Positions 48,433-57,175 of a DNA stretch of 64,000 bases are shown in pieces. Within the stretch, counting starts at the first letter, position 1; every line of letters begins with the position of its first letter. The notes beneath the pieces were generated by a model. The model had not been told where the DNA came from and ran no database searches. It saw only the letters and a list, made by a program, of their open reading frames with translations. The position numbers and the translations under genes are program-made. This DNA comes from a bacterium (GTDB taxonomy: Bacteria; Patescibacteriota; Microgenomatia; UBA1406; GWC2-37-13), in contig JBDRCK010000037.1 of NCBI GenBank assembly GCA_043821785.1, forward strand, positions 17,820 to 81,819. The letters are read 5' to 3'.

Positions 48433-50472
48433 ATGACTTTAATAATCGTAGAATCTCCAACAAAAGCTCGCACTTTTAATAAAATCTTAAAAGGTCAAGA
48501 TTATTTTGTTTATGCAACTTTAGGTCATTTCAGAGATCTACCAAATAAAAAAATCGCTATTAACTACGAAAAAGACTTTAAACCTGAATATAACATAATG
48601 CCAAAAAAATTAAATGTTGTTAATAAGTTAAAAGATCTAATAAAAGACAACAAAGAGATTATTTTAGCTACAGATCCAGATCGAGAAGGAGAAGCTATTG
48701 CATATCACGTAGCTTTTGTATTGGGTTTTGCACGAGAAAAATGGCCTGATATAGAAATAGAAGATTTTAACGGAAAAAAAATTAAAAGAATAGTCTTTCA
48801 TGAAATTACTCAAAAAGCTTTAGCTGAAGCTTTAGACAGACCTACTAAACTTAGAATTGATCTCGTGAAAGCTCAACAAGCCAGAAGAATTCTAGATAGG
48901 ATTGTAGGTTATGAAATATCTCCAATTCTATGGAAAAAAACAAAGAAGTTCTGGCTATCTGCAGGTAGAGTACAAACTGTAGCTTTAAGAATAATAGTTG
49001 AAAGAGAAAAAGAAATAGAAAAATTTAAAAAAGAAAATTATTTTAAAATAATCGGATCTTTTCAAGCTAAAAATGTAAAAATTGAAGCGAAATTACAAAG
49101 CATTAATAATAAGAAAATAGAGATAACGCAAAAAATAAAACTTTTTGCTGGAGATTATGAATATACAAAAACTAACATTACATCCAAAAATGTTAACCCT
49201 ATATTAGAGTCAGTTAAAAAAGATAACTATTATATAGATAAAATTCAAGAAACCACTATAAATAAGTTTCCACCACCTCCTTTTACAACTTCTCTACTAC
49301 AACAAGATGCTTTTTATAAATTTAGATTTGCTTCAAAATATACAATGAGACTAGCGCAAAATCTTTACGAAAAAGGTCTTATTACATATCATAGAACCGA
49401 CTCATTTAACTTATCTTCGAGATTTGTATTTGGAGCCAAAGATTACATAGAAAAAGAGTTTGGTAAAGAATATACTCTTGAAAAACCTAGAGGCTTCAGA
49501 ACAAAGTCAAGAACTGCTCAAGAAGCACACGAAGCAATAAGGCCAACCTATCTTAATGGCATAGATAAAATAAAAACAACTAAAGGTCTAACTAGTAATC
49601 ATAAAAAACTTTATACACTAATATTTAATAGAGCTGTTTCTACGCAAATGAAAGAAGCAGTTTCAAAAATATCAAAATATATTATTAAAGGTAAAAAAGG
49701 TTATGAATTTTTATCAGAAAATCAATATATAGTTTTCGACGGATTTCTAAAACTTCTAAATCCAACTTTCGTAGATAAAAATAAACAGATAGTAAACTTA
49801 ATAGAAAAAGAAATAGTAGGTCTTCTAAAAGCAGAAGAAGAAGCAAAAGAAACAAAAGCTCCTCCAAGGTATACCGAAGGTAGTCTTATAAAAATCTTGG
49901 AAGAAAAGGGGATTGGAAGACCATCAACATATTCGCCTATTATTTCTATAATTCAAACTCGAGGTTATGTGGGTAAAGAATCTGGCTATCTTGTGCCAAC
50001 AGGTTTAGGAATTGGAGTATCAGATTATTTGTCACAAAACTTTGATAGTATATTTGAAATTGATTTTACAGCTCAAATGGAAGATAGTCTTGATGAAATC
50101 GCCAGCGGCAATAACATGATGTTATCTGTTTTGAATAATTTTTATAATCCTTTTAAAAATCAATTAGATATAGCTAAAAGCGATAAAAGCACAATAGAAA
50201 TTGATGAAAGTTCAGATAAAAAATGTCCAAAATGTGAAAAACCACTTAGTATAAGATACTCAAAATATGGAAAATTTTATGCATGTACAGGTTATCCTGA
50301 TTGTAAGCATACCGAATCTATAAAAAATTATGTTAAAAATAAAAAATGCTCAAACTGTAATGGTGGTGTAGTGATAAAATATTCAAAGAAAGGGTTAAGA
50401 TTTTACGGTTGTGAAAATTTTCCTAAATGTAAATATACAGAATTTGGTTTTAAAAACTTAAAAGATGCTTAA
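48433..50472 (+). CDS. topA: DNA topoisomerase I (type IA)
   Basis: TOPRIM LIIVESPTKA..DPDREGEAIA, ITYHRTDS active-site Tyr region, two C-terminal Cys4 zinc ribbons. Confidence 0.95.
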   Translation: MTLIIVESPTKARTFNKILKGQDYFVYATLGHFRDLPNKKIAINYEKDFKPEYNIMPKKLNVVNKLKDLIKDNKEIILATDPDREGEAIAYHVAFVLGFAREKWPDIEIEDFNGKKIKRIVFHEITQKALAEALDRPTKLRIDLVKAQQARRILDRIVGYEISPILWKKTKKFWLSAGRVQTVALRIIVEREKEIEKFKKENYFKIIGSFQAKNVKIEAKLQSINNKKIEITQKIKLFAGDYEYTKTNITSKNVNPILESVKKDNYYIDKIQETTINKFPPPPFTTSLLQQDAFYKFRFASKYTMRLAQNLYEKGLITYHRTDSFNLSSRFVFGAKDYIEKEFGKEYTLEKPRGFRTKSRTAQEAHEAIRPTYLNGIDKIKTTKGLTSNHKKLYTLIFNRAVSTQMKEAVSKISKYIIKGKKGYEFLSENQYIVFDGFLKLLNPTFVDKNKQIVNLIEKEIVGLLKAEEEAKETKAPPRYTEGSLIKILEEKGIGRPSTYSPIISIIQTRGYVGKESGYLVPTGLGIGVSDYLSQNFDSIFEIDFTAQMEDSLDEIASGNNMMLSVLNNFYNPFKNQLDIAKSDKSTIEIDESSDKKCPKCEKPLSIRYSKYGKFYACTGYPDCKHTESIKNYVKNKKCSNCNGGVVIKYSKKGLRFYGCENFPKCKYTEFGFKNLKDA

Positions 50473-52111
50473 ATATATATTTGTTTCCGGTGGAGTAATT
50501 TCAGGAATAGGAAAGGGTACTACTGCTGCAGCTATCGCCCTTCTTTTAAAATCTGCGGGTTACAAAATCACTCCAATAAAATTTGAAAACTATTTAAATA
50601 TAGATGCAGGTACTATAAATCCAATTGAACATGGGGATCCATTTTTATGTGAGGATGGGGCTGAAACAGATATGGACATTGGAACTTATGAAAAAATTTT
50701 AGATCAAGAAATGGGAAAGATAAATTTTGTCACAATGGGGCAAGTTTATAAAGAAGTAATAGATAGAGAAAGAAGATTTGAATATAACGGAGAAGATGTG
50801 GAAGCGATTCCTCATTTAGTAAGTGAAATCACAGAAAGAATAGAAAAGGCAGCTAAATTAACAAAAGCTGAAATAATGATAATAGAACTTGGTGGAACTG
50901 CAGGAGAGTATCAAAACGTATTTTATTATGAAGCATCAAGAATTTTGACTCTGCAAAATCCAAAAGACGTAATTCATATCCATGTAAGCTATGTTCCAAC
51001 ACCAGCACATTTGGGTGAGCCAAAAACAAAACCCACACAACTTTCTGTAAGAACACTTAATTCTTTAGGGATACAGCCTGATATGATAATAGCTCGATCA
51101 GAAAAACCGCTAGATTTACGTAGAATGGATAGATTAGCGCTGTTTTGTAATGTAAAAGCAGAAGATGTAATTTCAAACTATAACGTAGGGTCTATATATG
51201 AAATACCTCTTTTGCTTCATAAACAAAACGTGGGCAAATTGGTTCAAAAAAAACTATCTTTAAAATACAAAGAGCCAAATCTTTCAAATTGGACGAATTT
51301 GATAAAAAAAATTAAATCTAAAAAGGACAAAACAATAACAATAGTTATTGTAGGAAAATATTTTGGAACAGGTAATTATCAATTAAAAGATTCGTACGCA
51401 GCGCTTTTTGACGCTATAGATCATGCATCATGGTTTAATAACTGTAATGTAAAAACAGAATGGATAGATGCTGAAAAAATTGAAAAATTAGGAACATTTA
51501 TTATAGGAAAGCCTGATGGAATAATTGTTCCTATAGGTTGGGGTAAAAGAGGTGCTGAAGGAATGACTTCAGCTGCTTCTTATGCAAGAATAAATAAAAT
51601 ACCTTATTTAGGACTTTGCTACGGCATGCACCACGCAGTTATAGCATACGCAAGAGATATACTTAAATTAAAAGACGCAAATACAACCGAAAACAATAAA
51701 AATACAAAAAACCCAGTAATTCATCTTATTCCTTCTCAAAAGAAACACATGTCAAAAAGAGCATATGGAGGAACTATGAGATTAGGAGGTTGGACAGCTA
51801 AAGTTGTTAAGAATACAGAAATATGTTCAATTTATAAGAAATATAAGGCTTTTATAGATCCGATAAAATCCATTATTTCTGAAAGGCATAGGCATAGGTA
51901 TGAATTTAATAATAAGTATATGTCATTATTTGAGAAGAGCGGATTGGTAATAAGCGCAATTTCAACGTCTGAAGGTTTAGTTGAAATAATTGAATTACCA
52001 AAAAAGGTTCATCCTTTTTATATCGCAACACAAGGTCACCCTGAATATAAAAGTAAACCAAATAAACCACACCCTATATTTATTGAATTTATAAAAAGTT
52101 GTTTAATTTAG
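50465..52111 (+). CDS. pyrG: CTP synthase
   Basis: YIFVSGGVISGIGKG, GLCYGMH glutaminase nucleophile, HRHRYEFN. Confidence 0.96.
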   Translation: MLKYIFVSGGVISGIGKGTTAAAIALLLKSAGYKITPIKFENYLNIDAGTINPIEHGDPFLCEDGAETDMDIGTYEKILDQEMGKINFVTMGQVYKEVIDRERRFEYNGEDVEAIPHLVSEITERIEKAAKLTKAEIMIIELGGTAGEYQNVFYYEASRILTLQNPKDVIHIHVSYVPTPAHLGEPKTKPTQLSVRTLNSLGIQPDMIIARSEKPLDLRRMDRLALFCNVKAEDVISNYNVGSIYEIPLLLHKQNVGKLVQKKLSLKYKEPNLSNWTNLIKKIKSKKDKTITIVIVGKYFGTGNYQLKDSYAALFDAIDHASWFNNCNVKTEWIDAEKIEKLGTFIIGKPDGIIVPIGWGKRGAEGMTSAASYARINKIPYLGLCYGMHHAVIAYARDILKLKDANTTENNKNTKNPVIHLIPSQKKHMSKRAYGGTMRLGGWTAKVVKNTEICSIYKKYKAFIDPIKSIISERHRHRYEFNNKYMSLFEKSGLVISAISTSEGLVEIIELPKKVHPFYIATQGHPEYKSKPNKPHPIFIEFIKSCLI

Positions 52112-52122
52112 TTAAAATAAAT

Positions 52123-52131
52123 TGATATAAT
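52123..52131 (+). promoter_or_regulatory. Extended -10 promoter (TGaTATAAT) 6 nt upstream of the rplS ATG
   Basis: TTGATATAAT AGAAAT ATG; no Shine-Dalgarno, which suggests a leaderless or near-leaderless mRNA. Confidence 0.4.
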
Positions 52132-52137
52132 AGAAAT

Positions 52138-52470
52138 ATGGCACGAACGTTCAAATATAATGATAAGTCTTTTTCTGTCGGTGACACTTTAGATGTTGTA
52201 TATAAAATAAAAGAAGGTGAAAAAGAAAGAAAACAAAAATTTACAGGAATTCTTCTGTCTATTAGAGGCAACTCAATAATTAATCGCACTATTACTGTAA
52301 GAAAAATCTCTAAATCTGGAATAGGAGTAGAAAAAGTAATGCCTATATCTTCACCGAATATAATCAATATTGAAAAAATTAAAACGTCCTCAAACAAAAA
52401 ATCTAAAATTTACTATATAAGAAATCTATCTCAACAAGCAGTTAGAGCTAAAGTATATAGCAAAAAATGA
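52138..52470 (+). CDS. rplS: 50S ribosomal protein L19
   Basis: FSVGDTLDVVYKIKEG.KER.Q.F.G......G.....T.TVRKIS.GIGVE is an L19 pattern. Confidence 0.92.
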   Translation: MARTFKYNDKSFSVGDTLDVVYKIKEGEKERKQKFTGILLSIRGNSIINRTITVRKISKSGIGVEKVMPISSPNIINIEKIKTSSNKKSKIYYIRNLSQQAVRAKVYSKK

Positions 52471-52832
52471 AGGCTTTAAATAATATTAAAGGAGTCTTTG
52501 GAGAAAAAATCGCTACACAATTTCTACAGAGTCGAGGATATTCTATTATTGATAAAAACTTTAAAGTAAAATTTGGAGAAATAGATATTGTTGCTATTAA
52601 AAATAACGTGATACATTTTATTGAAGTTAAATCTAAAAGCTCTACACTCAAAGGGAAGCCTTACGAACAAGTAAACAAAAACAAACTTAAAAAAATAAAA
52701 CAGGTGTCACTGTTATATTCAAAAATAAACCACTTATCTGGTTTAAAACAATCTATAGATATTGTTTCAATTCTCTTAAACAACGATAGTAATAATCACG
52801 AAATAGAGATGTTTGAAAACGTTACAAATTGA
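52467..52832 (+). CDS. yraN: YraN family (UPF0102) endonuclease-like protein
   Basis: GEKIATQFLQSRGYSIIDKNFKVKFGEIDIVA...IHFIEVKS; classic position after rplS. Confidence 0.85.
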   Translation: MKALNNIKGVFGEKIATQFLQSRGYSIIDKNFKVKFGEIDIVAIKNNVIHFIEVKSKSSTLKGKPYEQVNKNKLKKIKQVSLLYSKINHLSGLKQSIDIVSILLNNDSNNHEIEMFENVTN

Positions 52833-52859
52833 TCTATATAGAAAGGGGGTGAGTAAAAT

Positions 52860-53513
52860 ATGTTAATTGATTCAGTAAACAATATAGTACAGCCTTTTTG
52901 GAAAAGTTTTATTGGCTTTTTGCCTGAGTTATTTGGAGGCTTATTAATTTTAATAATAGGTCTTTTAATCGCCAATATATTAAAAGGTGTCCTTATATCA
53001 TTATTCGGCTTTTTGAAATTTGAAAAATTATTTCAACAATTAAAAACTATTGAAAAAGGAGAGATAAGATTATGGGAAGAAATAATTGCCGAAATCGTAA
53101 GATGGACTGTGGTAATACTTTTCCTTATTCCAACTTTACAAGTATGGGGGCTATCTGAGGCAACAACTGTAATAAATGAGGTATTATTTTATATACCAAA
53201 CGTAATTATCGCCATAGTTATAGGTTTTGTTGGTTTAGTTTCATCAAATCTATTATCTAACTTAGTAAAAAGAACCATTAAAACACTTGGGTCTTCTACG
53301 GCAAATACATTAGCGGTATTTACCAAGTCAATAGTTGTTTTCTTTACTGTTTTAGTAGTCTTAAGTCAACTTGGAGTTGCTCAAGATATTATTAAAATTC
53401 TATTTACAGGCATAATCAGTATGCTAGCATTAGCAGGAGGATTAGCTTTTGGATTAGGTGGTAAAGATTTAGCTAAAGATTTGTTAAGTGAGCTCACAAG
53501 AAAAGTAAAATAA
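52860..53513 (+). CDS. Membrane protein with repeated 'conserved TM helix' modules (MscS N-terminal-like)
   Basis: Four or five TM helices with repeated (I/L)P.(L/V).....(I/L)..G(L/F).(I/V)(A/S)N.L pattern. The assignment is tentative. Confidence 0.4.
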   Translation: MLIDSVNNIVQPFWKSFIGFLPELFGGLLILIIGLLIANILKGVLISLFGFLKFEKLFQQLKTIEKGEIRLWEEIIAEIVRWTVVILFLIPTLQVWGLSEATTVINEVLFYIPNVIIAIVIGFVGLVSSNLLSNLVKRTIKTLGSSTANTLAVFTKSIVVFFTVLVVLSQLGVAQDIIKILFTGIISMLALAGGLAFGLGGKDLAKDLLSELTRKVK

Positions 53514-53528
53514 TCTTAGCCTATCAAG

Positions 53529-53537
53529 TGATATAAT
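53529..53537 (+). promoter_or_regulatory. Extended -10 promoter (TGaTATAAT) 8 nt upstream of tRNA-Glu
   Basis: GTGATATAAT ATCAGTTA, then the tRNA 5' end at 53546. Confidence 0.45.
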
Positions 53538-53545
53538 ATCAGTTA

Positions 53546-53619
53546 GGCGCGTTCGTCTAGTGGCCTAGGACGTCACCCTTTCAAGGTGAAGATCGCCAGT
53601 TCGAATCTGGTACGCGCCA
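53546..53619 (+). tRNA. tRNA-Glu (anticodon TTC)
   Basis: GGCGCGT/ACGCGCC acceptor, TCACC-CTTTCAA-GGTGA anticodon arm, GCCAG-TTCGAAT-CTGGT T arm. Confidence 0.85.
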
Positions 53620-53661
53620 CACTTCGCTCTTTATTTACAATAAATAGCTACGTTGTGGCAA

Positions 53662-53692
53662 AGCCATTGATGCACAATGGCTATTTAATATT
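53662..53692 (+). terminator. Candidate intrinsic terminator after tRNA-Glu
   Basis: AGCCATTG-ATGCA-CAATGGCT 8-bp hairpin followed by ATTTAATATTT. Confidence 0.45.
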
Positions 53693-53709
53693 TACTCAAG
53701 AAGTGTGCC

Positions 53710-53737
53710 AATCAAAGCTTCAAGTTTCTCTTGAAGC
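53710..53737 (-). terminator. Candidate intrinsic terminator after rsmI
   Basis: On the minus strand: GCTTCAAG-AGAAA-CTTGAAGC 8-bp hairpin followed by TTTGATT. Confidence 0.45.
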
Positions 53738-53786
53738 GAAGTGGTACCAAATCAATTAACGAATTAACGAAATTTTAAGATTAGTT

Positions 53787-54473
53787 TTATAAGCTTACTA
53801 CCATTGTTAGCTCACCTTTAAATCTTTTATCTAACAAGTCTTTTGGGTTTCCTCTAATTATTTCTTCAAATTTCTTTGTCATTTCTCTACAAATACATAT
53901 TTCGGCTTCAGGTATAAGATTATTAAGAATTTCCATAGTATCGTTATATCGATATATAGATACGTATAGAACAAAAGCTATATTTTTAAATATTTTATTA
54001 GTATCAATTATCTGTTTAATCAGTTTTTTAGTATGCGTATTATTTTTTGGAACAAATCCTAAAAATATAAAGTTTTTAACTTGCATTCCAGAATACAAAA
54101 GTGCTGTTGTAATAGCCGTACTTCCTGAAATTACCTTATATTGTAATCCTTTTCTAATTAACTCTTTAATAAGTAAATATCCAGGATCAGATATTAAAGG
54201 CATTCCAGCTTCAGAAACTAAACTAACGTTTTTTCCCTTATTTAAAAAATCAATAATTAACGATAGTTTTTCAAGTTCTTTTTCCTTATAATAAGAGATT
54301 AATTGAGGATAATTTAAAGTTTTAATTTTTAATAGTTTATAACAATAGTTTAATAAAACTTGTGTTGATCTTGTATCTTCAGCAAAAATAAAATCGCTAT
54401 TGACTAATGTTTTTGCCTGTCTTATTGATAAATCTTCAAAATTTCCTAATGGAGTACCTACTATATAAAGCAT
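53787..54473 (-). CDS. rsmI: 16S rRNA (cytidine1402-2'-O)-methyltransferase
   Basis: LYIVGTPLGNFEDLS.RQ...L...D.I.AEDTR N-terminus of the tetrapyrrole-methylase-fold RsmI family. Confidence 0.88.
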   Translation of the reverse strand: MLYIVGTPLGNFEDLSIRQAKTLVNSDFIFAEDTRSTQVLLNYCYKLLKIKTLNYPQLISYYKEKELEKLSLIIDFLNKGKNVSLVSEAGMPLISDPGYLLIKELIRKGLQYKVISGSTAITTALLYSGMQVKNFIFLGFVPKNNTHTKKLIKQIIDTNKIFKNIAFVLYVSIYRYNDTMEILNNLIPEAEICICREMTKKFEEIIRGNPKDLLDKRFKGELTMVVSL

Positions 54474-55069
54474 TATTTGTCTTTGTTATTTATTTTTGAT
54501 TTTAATAGTCTATTGATAACAAAAAATCCTCCAATAAGAAGTACTGAAAACGCTATAGTAGCAAGCTCTAAATAATTTGTTAAAAATTCTTTTATTGGTA
54601 CTCCAAAAAAGAATATTAAAGTTCCAATCGTCAAAAATCTCCCGCCTCTACCTATTGCAGACGCAATAATAAATCTTCCGAACTTAAGATCAAATAATCC
54701 AGCTGTAATCGTAAAAAGTTTATAAGGAATGGGCGAAAAACCTGCTACAATAATAGCCCAAACATCATATTGATTGTAATAAAGTTTAACTTTATATAGT
54801 TTTTCCTCACTTATAAATTTCTTAACTAAGGGTTTGCCACCTTTCACTCCTATAAAATAACCAAACATTCCTCCAATAATCGATGATAAGGTTGTGATTA
54901 TGCCATAAATAATCGCATTAGCTGGATTAATTAATGCTAGAGGAATCATAATCACATCGGGTGGTATGGGAAAAAAGGACGATTCTGCAAATGCAACTAT
55001 AGCAAGACCAGCAATAGGAAAATTAGAAGAAAGAATAAAATCTACAAAGCTAGATATAGTTTCTTGCAT
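54473..55069 (-). CDS. DedA/YqaA (SNARE-associated) family membrane protein
   Basis: SSFFPIPPDVIMIPLAL motif and 4-5 TM segments. Confidence 0.7.
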   Translation of the reverse strand: MQETISSFVDFILSSNFPIAGLAIVAFAESSFFPIPPDVIMIPLALINPANAIIYGIITTLSSIIGGMFGYFIGVKGGKPLVKKFISEEKLYKVKLYYNQYDVWAIIVAGFSPIPYKLFTITAGLFDLKFGRFIIASAIGRGGRFLTIGTLIFFFGVPIKEFLTNYLELATIAFSVLLIGGFFVINRLLKSKINNKDK

Positions 55070-55102
55070 GTGATAATTATAACATTAATTACTTGCGCAC
55101 AA

Positions 55103-55118
55103 AAACATAACTATGTTT
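55103..55118. promoter_or_regulatory. 16-nt palindrome AAACATA-AC-TATGTTT overlapping the -35 region of the putative uvrB promoter (candidate operator)
   Basis: Perfect 7+2+7 inverted repeat, about 20 nt upstream of a TGgTAAAAT extended -10 (55136-55144). Confidence 0.4.
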
Positions 55119-55155
55119 AATATTGCCTAATTAATTGGTAAAATGATAGGTTGCG

Positions 55156-57175
55156 ATGTTTAAATTAAAATCCTCGTTTAGTCCAAAAGGTGACCAACCT
55201 CAGGCAATTGAGAAATTAACAAAAGGAATTCAAAATAAAATTAAAGATCAGGTTCTTCTTGGTGTAACTGGCTCTGGTAAAACATTTACCATAGCTAACG
55301 TTATTCAAAACACTCAAAAATCTGCGTTAATAATATCGCACAATAAAACTTTAGCCGGCCAACTATATCAAGAATTTAGAGACTTTTTTCCAAAAGACGC
55401 AGTGTCTTATTTCGTATCTTATTATGACTATTATCAACCTGAGGCATATCTTCCTCAAACAGATACCTATATTGAAAAAGAATCTAATATTAATGAATTA
55501 ATTAATAAACTTCGCCTACAAACTACTGCAAATATAGTGTCAAAAAAAAATGTCATAGTAGTTGCATCTGTATCTTGCATATATAATATCGGATCTCCTA
55601 AAGAATATTCTAATTTCATTTTAAATCTTAAAATTGGAGATAAGATAATAAGAGAAGAATTATTTAGTAATCTAATAGAACTTCAATATACAAAATCTAC
55701 TTTTGAATTTAAAAGAGGAACTTTCAGAGTGAGATCAAACAATGTTGATATATATCCAAACTATGAAGATTTTGGTATTAAACTATTTTTTGAAAACGAA
55801 ATCTTAGTTAATTTTACTTACTTCAATCCTCTCGATGGTAAAAAAATTGAAAAAAGAATTAAAGAAAACATTGTAACAATATTTCCAGCAAAACAATACC
55901 TGATAGATAAAACTAAAATTTTGAACGTTGAAGAGCAAATAAGAAGAGATCTTGATAGAGAATATTCTCAAATGATAAAAAAAGGAAAAGTATTTGAGGC
56001 TCAAAGACTATTAAAGCGAGTAAATTACGATCTGGAAATGATAAAAGAAGTGGGTTATGTTAATGGAATTGAAAATTACTCAAGATATTTTGATAATAGA
56101 AAGACTGGAGATCCTCCATATAGTTTAATAGACTTTTTTAAAGAATCCTACGGGGATGATTTCATTGTTTTTATAGATGAATCTCATATGACCATACCTC
56201 AAATACGAGGAATGTATAACGGAGATTATTCAAGAAAAAAAAAATTTAGTTGATTTTGGTTTTAGACTAGAAGCGGCTTTTGATAATAGGCCTTTAAAAT
56301 TTGATGAATTTCAAAAAAGTGTAAATTATTCTATTTATGTTTCCGCTACTCCAAATGATTGGGAAAAAGATAAGTCAAAAAATCAAATTGTTGAACAGTT
56401 AATTAGACCAACAGGAATTCTTGATCCTAAAATAGTAATAAAGAAAGCAGAGACAGAAATTGAAGATTTAATAATTGAAGTTAAAGAGAGGGTAAAAAAT
56501 AAACAAAGAACGCTTATAACCACTCTTACCAAAAAAACAGCTGAAGATTTAAGTGAGTATTTTAAACAAAATAATATTAATTCAACTTACTTACATTCAG
56601 ATATCGATACGCTAGAAAGATCCGATATTCTAGATGACTTAAGAAATAATAAGTTTGATGCTTTAATTGGAGTTAATTTATTAAGAGAAGGACTGGATCT
56701 TCCTGAAGTATCACTCGTAGCTATTCTTGACGCTGATAAAGAAGGATTTTTACGCTCAAAAACAGCGTTAATTCAAACAATGGGAAGAGCCGCAAGAAAC
56801 ATTGATGGAAAGGTTATAGTTTATGCCGATACAATAACCAAATCAATTAGAGAATCTATTGATGAGATAAAAAGAAGACGTAAAATACAAGAAACATATA
56901 ATAAAAAAAATAATATTGAACCACGAACAATATATAAACCAATACGTGAAAAAATTATTGAAAAAGACATAGAGTCAACTTTATATGATCTTCCTATCGG
57001 AAACTTTGATATTGAATACTTAAAATCAATAACATTTAACTCTTTAACAGGTTTTGACAAAAAAAAGTTAATTAAAAAACTAGAATGTGAAATGAAAAAA
57101 CAAGCTGAAAGTCTTAACTTTGAATATGCGATAGAAATACGAAATAAGGTATTAGAATTAAAAAATAAATTATGA
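55156..57175 (+). pseudogene. uvrB: Excinuclease ABC subunit B, interrupted by a +1 frameshift in an A10 tract (56235-56244)
   Basis: N-terminal part (55156-56253) carries GVTGSGKT and DESHMTIPQIRGMYNGDYSRKK. From 56243 the next frame reads NLVDFGFRLEAAFDNRPLKFDEF...GVNLLREGLDLPEVSLVAILDADKEGFLRS...GRAARN with no stops to 57175, and A9 would restore a single ORF. This may be a sequencing error, slippage or a true pseudogene. Confidence 0.9.

Noticed and set aside
53621-53752. Long-range pairing CACTTCGCT / AGCGAAGTG enclosing the tRNA-Glu/rsmI spacer as a discrete ncRNA, and its 12-mer similarity (TACCACTTCGCT) to the 29195-29212 region
   Set aside because: The two internal hairpins are adequately explained as back-to-back intrinsic terminators for the convergent tRNA-Glu and rsmI. 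12-mer matches are expected by chance many times in 64 kb.
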